A stretch of 64,000 bases of DNA from Sminthopsis crassicaudata (lineage: Eukaryota), in assembly GCF_048593235.1 (NCBI RefSeq), contig NC_133622.1, forward strand, positions 239,289,198 to 239,353,197, read 5' to 3'. This document shows, piece after piece, positions 1-11,871 of the stretch. Below the pieces are notes generated by a model. It was not told the DNA's origin. It made no database searches and saw only the letters and a list, made by a program, of their open reading frames with translations. The position numbers were made by a program, and so were the translations under genes. The number at the start of each line of letters is the position of its first letter. The stretch's first letter is position 1.

Positions 1-1
1 A

Positions 2-331
2 CCACGGAATATTCTGGCTAAGCTGCAGAATTACCACACAAAGGAGAAAATCCTGCAAGCAGCTAGAAAAAAACAATTTAAATACCAAGGTGCCACAATA
101 AGGGTCACCCAAGATCTGGCTGCCTCCACATTAAAAGATAGAAGGGCCTGGAACCTGATATTCCGTAAGGCAAAAGATCAAGGACTGCAACCAAGAATGA
201 ACTACCCAGCTAAGTTTAGCATCTTTTTCCACGGAAGAAGATGGTCATTCAATGAAACAGAGGAATTCTATATGTTTCTAAGAAAAAAACCAGACTTAAA
301 CAAAAAATTTGATCTACATCCACAAGACTGA
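2..331 (+). CDS. L1 ORF1p C-terminal part (5'-incomplete; absent from the ORF track)
   Basis: Frame 2 reads PRNILAKLQNYHTKEKILQAARKKQFKYQGATIRVTQDLAASTLKDRRAWNLIFRKAKDQGLQPRMNYPAKFSIFF...HPQD*, with TGA at 329-331. This matches the ORF1p RRM-CTD pattern. Confidence 0.9.
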   Translation, partial: PRNILAKLQNYHTKEKILQAARKKQFKYQGATIRVTQDLAASTLKDRRAWNLIFRKAKDQGLQPRMNYPAKFSIFFHGRRWSFNETEEFYMFLRKKPDLNKKFDLHPQD

Positions 332-852
332 AGAGAAACAGAAAAAGGTACACAGAACCCTTGAGAACTGTAACTCTGTTGTGGGTATATAAAAAATACT
401 CAAGGATAATTTGATTTTACTGATATAAAAGAAAAAAAGGGGGGTGTAGTAAAGGGAAGGAGGTCGGTTCAGAAAAAGGGGAAGAAGTGATAAAAAGAGG
501 GAAACTACATCCCAGGAAGAGACATAGAAAATACACCATATCTGAGGGAACTTAGTGAGGGGGAGAATCATTGTGTGAATCTTACTCTCATCAGAAGAGG
601 CTCAAAGAGTAAATAATTAACATATTTGTTTTTCAGAGAATTTTCTCTCACCTTATTAAAAGGGGGGAGAGGAAAAGGGAAAAGGAAAAGGGGAATAAGT
701 GAAGGGACTTGGAGGGAGGGGGGAGGGATCCTAAAAAAAAAAAAAAAAAAAAAGAGGGAGGGTTGTGCGTCACAAGGGGGGTCTGTAAATTAAATATCGG
801 GGAGGGGGATCAGGGGGGTCAAGGGAAAAAAGCATAATCTGGGGATAATACG

Positions 853-3800
853 ATGGCAGGAAATACAGAATTAGTAATTTTAACTGTAAATGTAAATGGG
901 ATGAACGATCCCATCAAACGGAGACGGATAGTAGATTGGATCAAAAAGCAGAACCCTACAATATGTTGCCTACAGGAAACACACTTAAAGCAGGGAGATA
1001 CATACAGAGTAAAGGTAAAAGGTTGGAACAGAGCCTATTATGCTTCAGGTAAAGCCAAAAAAGCAGGGGTAGCTATCCTTATCTCAGATCAAGCAAAAGC
1101 AGAAGTAGATCTCGTTAAAAAGATAAGGAAGGAAACTATATCCTGCTGAAAGGTAGCATAAATAATGAAGCCATATCAATACTAAACATATATGCACCAA
1201 GTGGTATAGCATCTAACTTTCTAAAGGAAAAGTTAAGATAACTGCAAGAAGAAATAGACAGTAAAACTATAATAGTGGGAGATCTCAACCTTGCACTCTC
1301 AGATTTAGACAAATCAAACCACAAAACAAACAAGAAAGAAATTAAAAAAGTAAATAGAACATTAGAAAAACTAGGTATGATAGACCTTTGGAGAAAACTG
1401 AATGGCAATAGGAAGGAATATACTTTCTTCTCAGCAGTTCATGGATCCTATACAAAAATTGACCATATACTAGGACATAAAGATCTCAAAATTAAATGTA
1501 GGAAGGCAGAAATAATAAATGCCTTCTTCTCAGATCACAATGCAATAAAAGCTACATTCAGTAAAAAGTTAGGGGTAAATAGACCAAAAAGTAATTAGAA
1601 ACTGAATAATCTCATCTTAAAGAATGACTGGGTGAAAGAGCAAATTATAGAAACAATTAACAATTTCACCCAAGATAATGATAATGATGAGACATCATAT
1701 CAAAATCTTTGGGATGCAGCTAAAGCGGTAATAAGGGGAAATTTTATATCTTTAGAGGCTTATTTGAAGAAAATTGAGAAAGAGAAGATTAACGAATTGG
1801 GCTTACAACTTAAAAGGCTAGAAAAAGACCAAATTATAAACCCCCAACCAAAAATTAAACTCGAAATACAAAAATTAAAAGGAGAAATCAATAAAATTGA
1901 AAGTAAAAAAACTATTGAATTAATAAATAAAACCAAGAGTTGGTTTTATGAAAAAGCCAATAAAATAGATAAACCTTTGGTAAATTTGATCAAAAAAAAG
2001 AAAGAGGAAAATCAAATTGATAGTCTTACAAATGAAAAGGGGGATCTTTCCACCAATGAAGAGGAAATTAGAGAAATAATAAGGAGTTACTTTGCCCAAC
2101 TTTATGCCAATAAATTTGATAACTTAAGTGAAATGGATGACTTCCTCCAAAAATATAGGCTCCCTAGATTAACAGAGGAGGAGATAAATTGCTTAAATAG
2201 TCCCATTTCAGAAAAAGAAATAGAACAAGCTATTAATCAACTCCCCAGGAAAAAATCCCCAGGGCCAGATAGATTCACATGTGAATTCTACCAAACATTT
2301 AAAGAACAATTAGCCCCAATGTTATATAAATTATTTGAAAAAATAGGGGATGAAGGAGTCCTACCAAATTCCTTTTATGACACAGACATGGTACTGATAC
2401 CTAAACCTGGTAGATCGAAAACTGAGAAAGAAAATTATAGACCAATCTCCTTAATGAATATTGATGCTAAAATCTTAAATAAGATATTAGCAAAAAGACT
2501 TCAGAAAATCATCTCCAAGATAATACACTATGATCAAGTAGGATTTATTCCAGGAATGCAGGGCTGGTTTAATATTAGGAAAACTATTAATATAATTGAC
2601 CATATTAATAATCAAATTAATAAGAACCATATGATCATCTCAATAGATGCAGAAAAAGCATTTGACAAAATCCAACATCCATTCCTACTAAAAACTCTTG
2701 AGAGTATAGGAATAAATGGATTATTCCTTAGAATAATCAGGAGTATATATTTAAGACCGTCAGTAAGCATAATATGCAATAGAAATAAACTGCAACCTTT
2801 CCCAGTAAGATCAGAAGTGAAACAAGGTTGCCCACTATCACCATTACTATTCAATATAGTACTAGAAACGCTAGCCTCGGCAATAAGAGCTGAGAAAGAG
2901 ATTCAAGGAATTAGAGTAGGAAATGAGGAAATTAAACTATCACTTTTTGCAGATGACATGATGGTATACTTAGAGAACCCCAAAGACTCTGCTAAAAAGC
3001 TACTAGAAATAATTCAAAATTTCAGCAAAGTGGCAGGATACAAAATAAATCCACATAAATCCTCGGCATTTTTATATATCACTAACAAAATGCAACAGCA
3101 AGAGATACAAAGAGAAATTCCATTCCAAACAAATGTTGATAGTATAAAATATTTGGGAATCCATCTACCAAAGAAAAGTCAGGAATTATATGAGAAAAAT
3201 TACAAAACACTTGCCACAAAAATAAAATCAGATTTAAATAATTGGAAAGACATTCAGTGCTCTTGGATAGGCCGAGCGAATATAATAAAGATGACAATAC
3301 TCCCCAAACTAATCTATTTATTTAGTGCTATACCAATCAGACTCCCAAGAAACTATTTTAATGACCTAGAAAAAATAACAACAAAATTCATATGGAAGAA
3401 TAAAAGGTCAAGAATTGCAAGGGAACTAATGAAAAAAAACTCAGAGGAAGGTGGTCTAAGTGTACCTGATCTAAAGCTATATTATATAGCAGCAGTCACC
3501 AAAACCATTTGGTATTGGCTAAGAAATAGACCGGTAGATCAGTGGAACAGATTAGATACAAAGGACAAAAAAGGGTACATCTATAGCAATCTAATCTTTG
3601 ACAAACCCAAAGATTCCAACATTAGGGATAAAAATTCATTATTCGGAAAAAACTGTTGGGAAAACTGGAAATTAGTATGGCAGAAATTAGATATGGATCC
3701 ACACTTAACACCATATACCAAGATAAGATCAAAATGGGTCCATGATTTAGGCATAAAGAGGGAGATAATAAATAGATTAGAGGAGCAGAGGATAATCTAC

Positions 3801-4684
3801 CTCTCAGACTTGTGGAGGAGGAAGGAATTTATGACCAGAGGAGAACTAGAGATCATTATTGATCACAAAATAGAAGATTTTGATTACATCAAACTGAAAA
3901 GTTTCTGTACAAATAATACTAATGCAAACAAGATTAGAAGGGAAGTAACAAATTGGGAAAATATTTTTAAAAACAAAGGTTCTGACAAAGGTCTCATTTC
4001 CAAAATATATAGAGAACTGACCATAATTTATAAGAAACCAAACCATTCTCCAATTGATAAATGGTCAAAGGATATGAACAGACAATTCTCAGAGGAAGAA
4101 ATTGAAACTATATCCACTCACATGAAAGAGTGTTCCAAATCACTACTGATCAGAGAAATGCAAATTAAGACCACTCTGAGATACCACTACACACCTGTCA
4201 GATTGGCTAAGATGACAGGAACAAATAATGACAAATGTTGGAGGGGATGTGGGGAAATTGGGACACTAATACATTGCTGGTGGAGTTGCGAAAGAATCCA
4301 GCCATTCTGGAGAGCAATCTGGAATTATGCCCAAAAAGTTATCAAACTGTGCATACCCTTTGACCCAGCAGCGCTACTACTGGGCTTATATCCCAAAGAA
4401 ATACTAAAGAGCGGAAAGAGACATATATGTGCCAAAATGTTTGTGGCAGCTCTTTTGTTGTAGCTAGAAACTGGAAGATGAATGGATGTCCATCAGTTGG
4501 AGAATGGTTGGGTAAATTGTGGTATATGAAAGTTATGGAATATTATTGCTCAGTAAGAAATGACCAGCAGGAGGAATACAGAGAGGGTTGGAGAGACTTA
4601 AATCAACTGATGCTGAGTGAAATGAGCAGAACCAGAAGATCACTGTATACTTCAACAACAATACTGTATGAGGATGTACTCTGA
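853..4684 (+). pseudogene. L1 ORF2 (APE endonuclease, reverse transcriptase, Cys-rich domain) with four lesions
   Basis: Motifs [30 protein letters not shown] and CWRGC...HCWWSC are present. Lesions: -1 frameshift in the A-run ~1117-1121, TAA at 1239-1241, TAG at 1596-1598 (W codon), -1 frameshift in the T-run ~4452-4456. Confidence 0.97.
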
Positions 4685-6499
4685 TGGAAGTGGAAATCTT
4701 CAACATAAAGAAGATCCAACTCACTTCCAGTTGATCAATGATGGACAGAGGTAGATACACCCAGAGAAGAAACACTGGGAGGGGAATGTAAATTTTTAGC
4801 ACTAATATCTGTCTGCCCAGGTTGCATGTACCTTCGGATTCTAATGTTTATTGTGCAACAAGAAAATGATATTCACACACATGTATTGTACTTAGACTAT
4901 ATTGTAACACATGTAAAATGTATGGTATTGTCTGTCGTCGGGGGGAGGGAATAAGGGAGGGGGGGTAATTTGGAAAAATGAATACAAGGGATAATATTAT
5001 AAAATATATATATATATAATAAAAAAAATTAAAAAAAAAAAAAAGTATAAGGTGGAACCTACTAACAATGTCTGGCTCAGCTCCCCATCTCCCGTAAGGG
5101 CTCTGGGCCTTCCTGAGAAGTCAAGGAGCAGCAACAACCTGTGTTGAGATTGAAGCAGAGTGATAGCAGGTGGAAGAGTGATACCAGGTGGCCACTACAT
5201 AGCAAGTTCTTTATATGATCCCATGTGCTCAGAATTGTTTTTGTTACATTATTAAAAAAAGAGAAAGCCCTTGAAATAAATGGACTCCACTTTCCCACCT
5301 TCCTCCAGAGTCCCAGCTCATCACTTCTCCACTAGGAAGGTATATTTTAATCACCCCAGTGTGGGGGCTCTCAAAAGCAATGGTATGTTTTGTCACCCCC
5401 AACTTGGGGGCCCTAGAAAGCAGGACTCAGTATTTTAATCACCCAAACTTGGGGCTCTAAAAAAAGATGATGCAATACCTATTGTTCTAAGAATTGAAAC
5501 ATCCAGGAGATTCAATGTTCTGGTGAGTAGAAGTGTCTTGTTATTTCCTCACTTTCACGTTTCCCTCTGGTTTAGTGATTGGAAACTAGAATATTCCTTT
5601 CAATAGTTCCTTAAAAGATAAAGTCAAAAAAGTGGGAAAGGGTGGAATTATCTCAGATCACCTTCATCATTATCATCATCATTCACTTTTTAGTTATGTA
5701 GGGAATTTGATATTAAGTGGTATCAATCAGAGTTATCAGAGTAAGTTTGTTGTATTCCTCCCAAAATATTTTAGTACATATGGGAAGATAACACAGATAT
5801 AGACAAAGATCAATATTAATTTCATGCAGCTAATGTTAAATGATCATTGGCAGCTACAATGAAGTCTGCAGAAACTGAGATGGCTAAAGAATGGCTGTGG
5901 GTGGGGAAGGCAGGATTTCCAGAAAAAGTTTAATTTGAGCAAACTATGAATGAAATTCTATACTTACTTAGTAGCGAACAAGAGAAAACTACCCTTTTAG
6001 GGTAATGTATGTACAAAAGCATGAAAGAAATACGTATTATCTTCAGAGATTATTGAGGAGAGCAAGTTACTAGCAACTGTGTCTTCATGAAGGAAAATTG
6101 TTGGGAGATAAACCAGAATATATATGTGGCAAAAGTAAAAAGAAACATGCATGTTGGAATTGAAAAAGAATGATAGAGAAGGATCCCAATATAGAATATA
6201 AAATAGTTGATTAGGAATAAGGAGAATCTGTCTTTATACTCTACTTGTGAAACATTCTAGCTGAAAATGGGAAAAGCAAACTATCATCTGAAGCTAAGCA
6301 TTGCAAGATTGTCTCAAGTTTATCAATGGTGATAGTTTACATACCTGTAGTTCCTTATAACTATAGAATCAAAGATTCTATGAATCAGATTCTATCAATT
6401 CTAGCTATCAAATATAATTCAAAGAGTTATCTCACTCTGACTCTAAATTATTATTATTGAAATTATAACATTAAAATGTTAATTATTTTTATGAAACAG

Positions 6500-6840
6500 G
6501 TAAATTAATACTTTCCCTCCTTTCCCCTCATTGCCTTCAACCAAGAGATGTCTATCATTAGATGCATGTATTATAAATTTATGTCTGTGTATTTGCATAT
6601 TTGCACAAATGTATACATACCAATATATGTATAAACAAATATTTATATAAATCATTTTAGAAATATTCTATTTACCAGTTCTTACTCTGGGTAAGGACAG
6701 CACCATCCTATACATGACCTTTGTAGTTAGAGTATTTTAATAGTCAGCATAATTTAGTTGTTCAAAGTTGTTCTTACAAAAATATTGCTATAATTACATA
6801 TGATGTTCTCTTGCCTTTTCTCATTTTCATTTTATCATTT
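6500..6840 (-). mobile_element. Old L1 3' UTR fragment (paralog of 30420-30770)
   Basis: Resembles the reverse complement of marsupial L1 3' ends; boundaries approximate. Confidence 0.5.
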
Positions 6841-7574
6841 CATTCACATCTACACATGGCAGAACTACAAATTTCTCAACCTCAATTATTACTCCAGAAT
6901 CAACAAAGTCCATTGGGAAGACAAAAGACAAAATAAATGGCAATGGTCTGGTATGCACCTTGGCTCAATGATAAGAATAATTTTAAAGCAATCAACATAT
7001 TTTAATAACAGTGAAATAAATAAATTTAGAAAGCATCCAATCAAAAATCCATTTAATAAAATAAAATATCCATTGATTTTAAGGAAGCTAAAGAAGAATT
7101 AACTTTTTTTTTCATAAAGGGAAGAGATTTGATAATATCTAATTTCAAGTTTTTTAGAAATCACTTAACAGAGTACTATCTTATTATAAGAGACAAATTA
7201 AAAGAAGGACAGTATCCCTCTATTGAAGTGAAGGAATTCTTCTATACTCTTGCATACTCTTGTACAAACTATATGTCTTCAGATCTGAGTTTCCTATTAT
7301 GGGAAGAATAAGTTGGAAAGAGTACAGAGAAGTGTGAAAAGACCTCTGATACATGCTTAAGGAGAATTGGTGAAAGAATTTGTTATTGGCATACTATAGA
7401 AAACATTCAAGGTTACTGATTATTGTCTTTATCGATTTGAAGGGCTAACAAGTGAAACAAGCCAACAATCATCAAGGAGCAATTATTATTTATCTATAAT
7501 GCAGCATTTTATTGTTTAGGTATTAGGTAAAAAAATAAATATTCTGTATCTTCAAAAATGTCACCATCTCTTTT

Positions 7575-7944
7575 ATGTTTTTATTGTTACTTTTTATTTA
7601 CAAGATCTATGCATGGGTAATTTTTTAGCATTGACAGTTGCAAAACCTTTTGTTCCAACTTTTCCCCTCCTTCCCCCCATCCATTCCCCCAGATGACAGG
7701 TGGACCAATACATGGTAAATATGCTAAAGTATAAGTTAAATACAATATGTGTATACATGTCCAGACAGTTGTTTTGCTGTACAAAAAGAATTGGATTTTG
7801 AAATAGTGTACAATTAGCCTGTGAAGGTAATCAAAAACGCAGGTGGACAAAAATAGAGGGATTGGGAATTCTTTGTAGTGTTTCACAGTCATCTTCAAGA
7901 GTTCTTTCGCTTGGCGTAGTTGGTTCAGTTCATCACTGCTCTAT
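7575..7944 (-). mobile_element. 5'-truncated L1 3' end with 14-bp TSD
   Basis: TCACCATCTCTTTT at 7561-7574 and 7945-7958. L1 3' UTR sequence with T-rich start. Confidence 0.9.
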
Positions 7945-8016
7945 TCACCATCTCTTTTAGAAATGTTGGAGACAACATAAATAATTGTATATCATAAACA
8001 CTAGATTGGTGAAAGA

Positions 8017-8251
8017 TGAATAATAAGTTCTTCCCTCATATTTACCCATTTTCTCATTAGATGTCTTTTTGTGGGACTTATTCACAATTTTCTCTGTGAA
8101 TATGCAGGTACTCTCTCTCTGCCTCCTGTTCAGATAGACACTTTAGTGAAATGATACTTTTCATCCTTGTTGATTTTAATGTGTTGAGCATCTTCAAACC
8201 TATTTTCACTAACTTTGTTTTAATTTTTGTCACCATCACAAAAATGAATTC
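8017..8251 (+). pseudogene. OR fragment (TM4-ECL2-TM5-ICL3), cut by a deletion
   Basis: Encodes [60 protein letters not shown] with indels. Paralog of 31940-32297. Confidence 0.88.
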
Positions 8252-9012
8252 ACATGTAGATGGATGGAGAACAGCAGAGTGCTGACTCTGCTTCCGACTA
8301 ACTATGGAACAATCTTGCCAATGTGTCCAGACTCATCTCTCATTTGGTTCCTTCTGTTGCAGTCCCCTTTCAAAAGCTATAAACAAATAGCTATTGCAAA
8401 GCAAACTTTTTTTTTAACTTATCTCCCCTTAGAAAATGACACTTAAGAGATGGAGGTTTTAGAGGTACTCCTTATGGAATTTAAAGAGTTATAATGTGCA
8501 AAAAACTAGTTATTTTTATTATTGGCACAAATAATATGGGCCAATAGTCAGAAGCTCTAAAGACAATTATGGGTACATGAAGAAACACTTTCTCCTAATA
8601 TATTTTGGTTCTCCTTTTTATGAGGCCTTAAACAAAGGTTAGACAATGACCTGCCAATGGTCATGTAAAGAGGATCCTTATTCCCTAATGCAGATTGGCT
8701 AGATAACTTCTCAAAATCCTTCCTCCTCTAAATTTAGAATAGAATCTATCTTTTGCTCTGTTTCTTTCTCTCTCTCTCTTTCTCTCTCTTTTCTCATTTT
8801 TCCTCTTCCTATTATGTTATTTTTTCTCAAAATGAAAATATCATTTATAATAATACTTATTTTAAAATTAATCCATGTTGCTTCCAAAAATGTTAATAAT
8901 ACATTTCCTCAATTCTCAATTCAGGATTTCATTTGCTGCATTGCCTAGGTAACTCATGTTATTTCATTTTTTCCTTCACAGAATCTATTTTGAATTCTTT
9001 TGAAGAGGAGCC

Positions 9013-9924
9013 ATGATTACTACTGAAAAGAATCAGAGTATTTCAGTGGTATTCATCCTTTTAGGATTCTCAGATTATCCCAATCTATAAATCTGCCTTT
9101 TTGCTGTCACTGTGGTAGGAAACTTGGGCATGATTGTGATCATCAGAAATAATCCCAAACTCCACATGCCCATGTACTTTTTTCTCAGTCACTTGTCCTT
9201 TGTGGATTTTTGTTACTCCACTGGAGTCACACCCAAACTCTTACAAAACCTGGTTGTGGAAGACAGAACTATCTTCTTCAAAAATTACAACACACAATTC
9301 TTTTTTATTGCTGCTTTTGTAGTTGCAGAGACATTCCTACTAGCAGTGATGGCTTATGACCATTTCCTGGCCATTTATAAGCCTCTGCTTTACACTGTTT
9401 CCATGTCACAGAAACTTTCTGCCCTTCTGGTGGCTGCAGCTTATTCATGGGGAATAAGTTCTTCCCTTCTATTTACCTACTCTCTCATTGTCTTGTCATT
9501 TTGTGAGACTAAAATTATTAATAATTTTCTCTGCGAGTATTCTGTCATCCTATCAGCCTCCTGCTCTGATAAACATTTTAGTGAAATAATACTTTTTATT
9601 GTTGCTAATTTTAATGCATTTGGCACTCTCATCATTATCCTTACTTCTGACAGTTGCATTTTTGTCACCATTCTAATAATGCATTCAGCAAGCGGGAGAC
9701 GTAAAGCTTTCTCCACCTGTGCCTCCCACCTCACAGCTGTTACCATCTTTTATGGGACCATCCTCTTCCTCTACTGTGTTCCTAATCCCAAAAGCTCATG
9801 GCTCATAGTTAGAGTGACTTCAGTTTTTTATACTGTGGTAATCCCTATGCTCAATCCACTAATTTATAGTCTGAGAAACAAAGATATAAAAGAAACCCTA
9901 TACATATTTCCACATTTATCATGA
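9013..9924 (+). pseudogene. OR5D-like olfactory receptor pseudogene, close paralog of 39949-40893
   Basis: ATG at 9013. CAA>TAA stop at codon 26 (9088-9090), net 21-bp deletion in TM1, TM3 Cys>Tyr (NYN), MAYDR>MAYDH, native C-terminus lost by a ~810-bp deletion at 9900. Confidence 0.95.
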
Positions 9925-10735
9925 TGCAAAAGAAAAATCAGATCAAAAAGAAAAAAATGAGAAAAAAGCAAACAAACAAAAACAAAAAGTGAAAATACTA
10001 TGTTATTATCCACATTAAGTCCTCATAGACCTCTTTCTGGCATTAGAAGTCTATTGGATTCATCCTGAATCACTTCATTATTGAAAAGAGTTATATCGAT
10101 ATGAATTGATCATCACATAATCTTATCAGTTCTGTGTACAGAATCTATATTCTCTTGGTTCTACACATCAATTCATATAACTCTCTCCATGCTTTTCTGA
10201 AATCATCCTGCTGATTTTTTCTTATAAAATAATAATATTCTGAAACTTATATATAAACCATAACTTATCCAGCCATTCCCCAAGTGATGGACATCCTCTC
10301 AATTTCTAGTTCCTTGTCACCTCAAAAAGGGCTGCTATGAACATGTTTGCACATGTGGGTCCTTTTCCTTTTTTTATGATTTCTTTGGGACATAGCTTCA
10401 ATAGAAACACTGCTGGATTAAAGAGTATACATTTTTCTAGCTCTTTGGACATAGCTTCAAATTAATCTCCAGAATGATTGGATCAGTTCACAATCACTGA
10501 CAATATATTAGTGTTCCACTTTTCCCACATCTCCTCCAATATTTATCATTATCTTTTTCTGTCACCTTAGCCAGTCTGAGGTAGCGGTTCCTCAGAGTTA
10601 TCTTAATTTGAATTTTTTAAATCAATAATGATTTAGAGCATTTTTTCATATGAGTAGAAATGGCTTTAATTTCTTCATCTCAAAATTGTCTATTCATATT
10701 CTTAGACCATTTACTAATTGAAGAATGTTCAAGCA
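9901..10735 (-). mobile_element. Older L1 fragment (ORF2 3' end and 3' UTR); paralog at 41660-42495
   Basis: Reverse complement matches L1 ORF2 C-terminal DNA (the WSKxMNx[13 protein letters not shown] and KGKGP regions). Confidence 0.85.
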
Positions 10736-11839
10736 CTTATTTTGCAATACATTATAACTTCCTGATTTATCCTCTTTTATTTCTTAAGATCTCACCAATT
10801 TAGCCTATGTTTTTAAAAAAATCACTTGAATGAATGAAAAAAGAAATAAATGAATGAAGTGTCTACTTTCTGTAAGATACTGTTCTATGGAATGGGAATA
10901 AAACAAGAGAGTAAAAAAATCTTTTAAGATAATTGTGGAAGTCATTCTATATCTTAAGCCTAGATTGTTATCCTATTTGGTACTTATGTTTACTATCTTC
11001 TTATACTGGACAGTCACCATCAAACTCCATTATGGGACAATTAATAAGTTGGATGTTTACACATAATATTTTGAATTATAGTTTCCTTCTTTTGCTTCTT
11101 TTTGGGGACATCTTCACTAATGACAGTAAAATGAGAGTTTAGTTGATTCCAAATACTATGGAAAATAATGGAAATGGAATGGAAAATAAACCTCTGATAT
11201 TAACTATCCCCTCTGATTTCAAGGAAATGCTATTCTCTAAAGGCAGAATTTCCACTTATTATTTATTTGGACTGTAGCCAAACAAAGTCATTAGTTCCTG
11301 GCATCTCTTTCATATTGTGTGTTGAGATATATGTAAAGCTAGCAGCATCCATGCAGAATCAGGTGATTTGCACAATAGGAAGATGTGTTTCTCACTCTGA
11401 GTTTTGCTGCATCAATAGACTTTGTCTTATAGCAGTCAGTTCAAAAAGGAATTTAATTTTCCATTTTCATAGATTATCCGAAAGCCCATTACTGTTTTAG
11501 TTCTGATTCTGATAAAATTTGAGGAAAGATAGTATTTTCTACTAATGGACACTGTTTGCTACTATTTACAAGTTCAACATTCATGGACTTAGGAATCAAC
11601 CATCTCTAGAAATTATTGTAGATATACCTCAAAAATCCCTTCTATTTTCTGCTCCCAAGACTGATAATACAAAATTTCTGCAAATCTGTTGATTTGAAAA
11701 CAACTGCCAGGTAAAGAAGGTGGGTACTGTTCTTACATCATCATTTTCACTATCATCATTACACATGGATAGCTATTGTTCTGAGAGTTCTCTGCTAAGC
11801 CCCAAGGATGCTAGGAAGCATTAGTCTCTCAATTCAATA

Positions 11840-11840
<1 letters not shown>

Positions 11841-11870
<30 letters not shown>
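11841..11870 (+). repeat. (CA)15 microsatellite
   Basis: Read directly from the sequence. Confidence 0.97.

Positions 11871-11871
<1 letters not shown>

Larger units (their letters stand above)
1..5044 (+). mobile_element. LINE-1, near full length (5' end outside window): ORF1 3' part, 521-nt spacer, disrupted ORF2, 3' UTR, poly(A)
   Basis: ORF1 and ORF2 homology as listed below. G-rich 3' UTR tract at ~4940-4965 and A-rich tail ending at 5044. Confidence 0.98.
6500..10900 (+). repeat. Segmental duplication copy A, a deleted copy of ~30420-42660
   Basis: Collinear high similarity: 6500-8251 with 30420-32173; 8252-9900 with 38939-40857; 9901-10900 with 41667-42660. Confidence 0.95.

Noticed and set aside
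1632-4463. 943-aa ORF as a standalone host gene
   Set aside because: It is the internal part of a disrupted L1 ORF2 between a nonsense codon and a frameshift.
5340-5466. CRISPR-like reading of the hairpin repeats
   Set aside because: Mammalian context, only three degenerate units, no unique spacers of constant length, no cas genes.
6800-7898. Short ORFs seemingly conserved with 30720-30926 and 31524-31787
   Set aside because: The similarity comes from the segmental duplication. The sequence is non-coding or L1 3' UTR, and the ORF ends differ between copies.
8949-8981. GTAACT...CAG mini-intron upstream of the OR (also ~39885-39917)
   Set aside because: About 33 nt is below the minimum size for mammalian spliceosomal introns.
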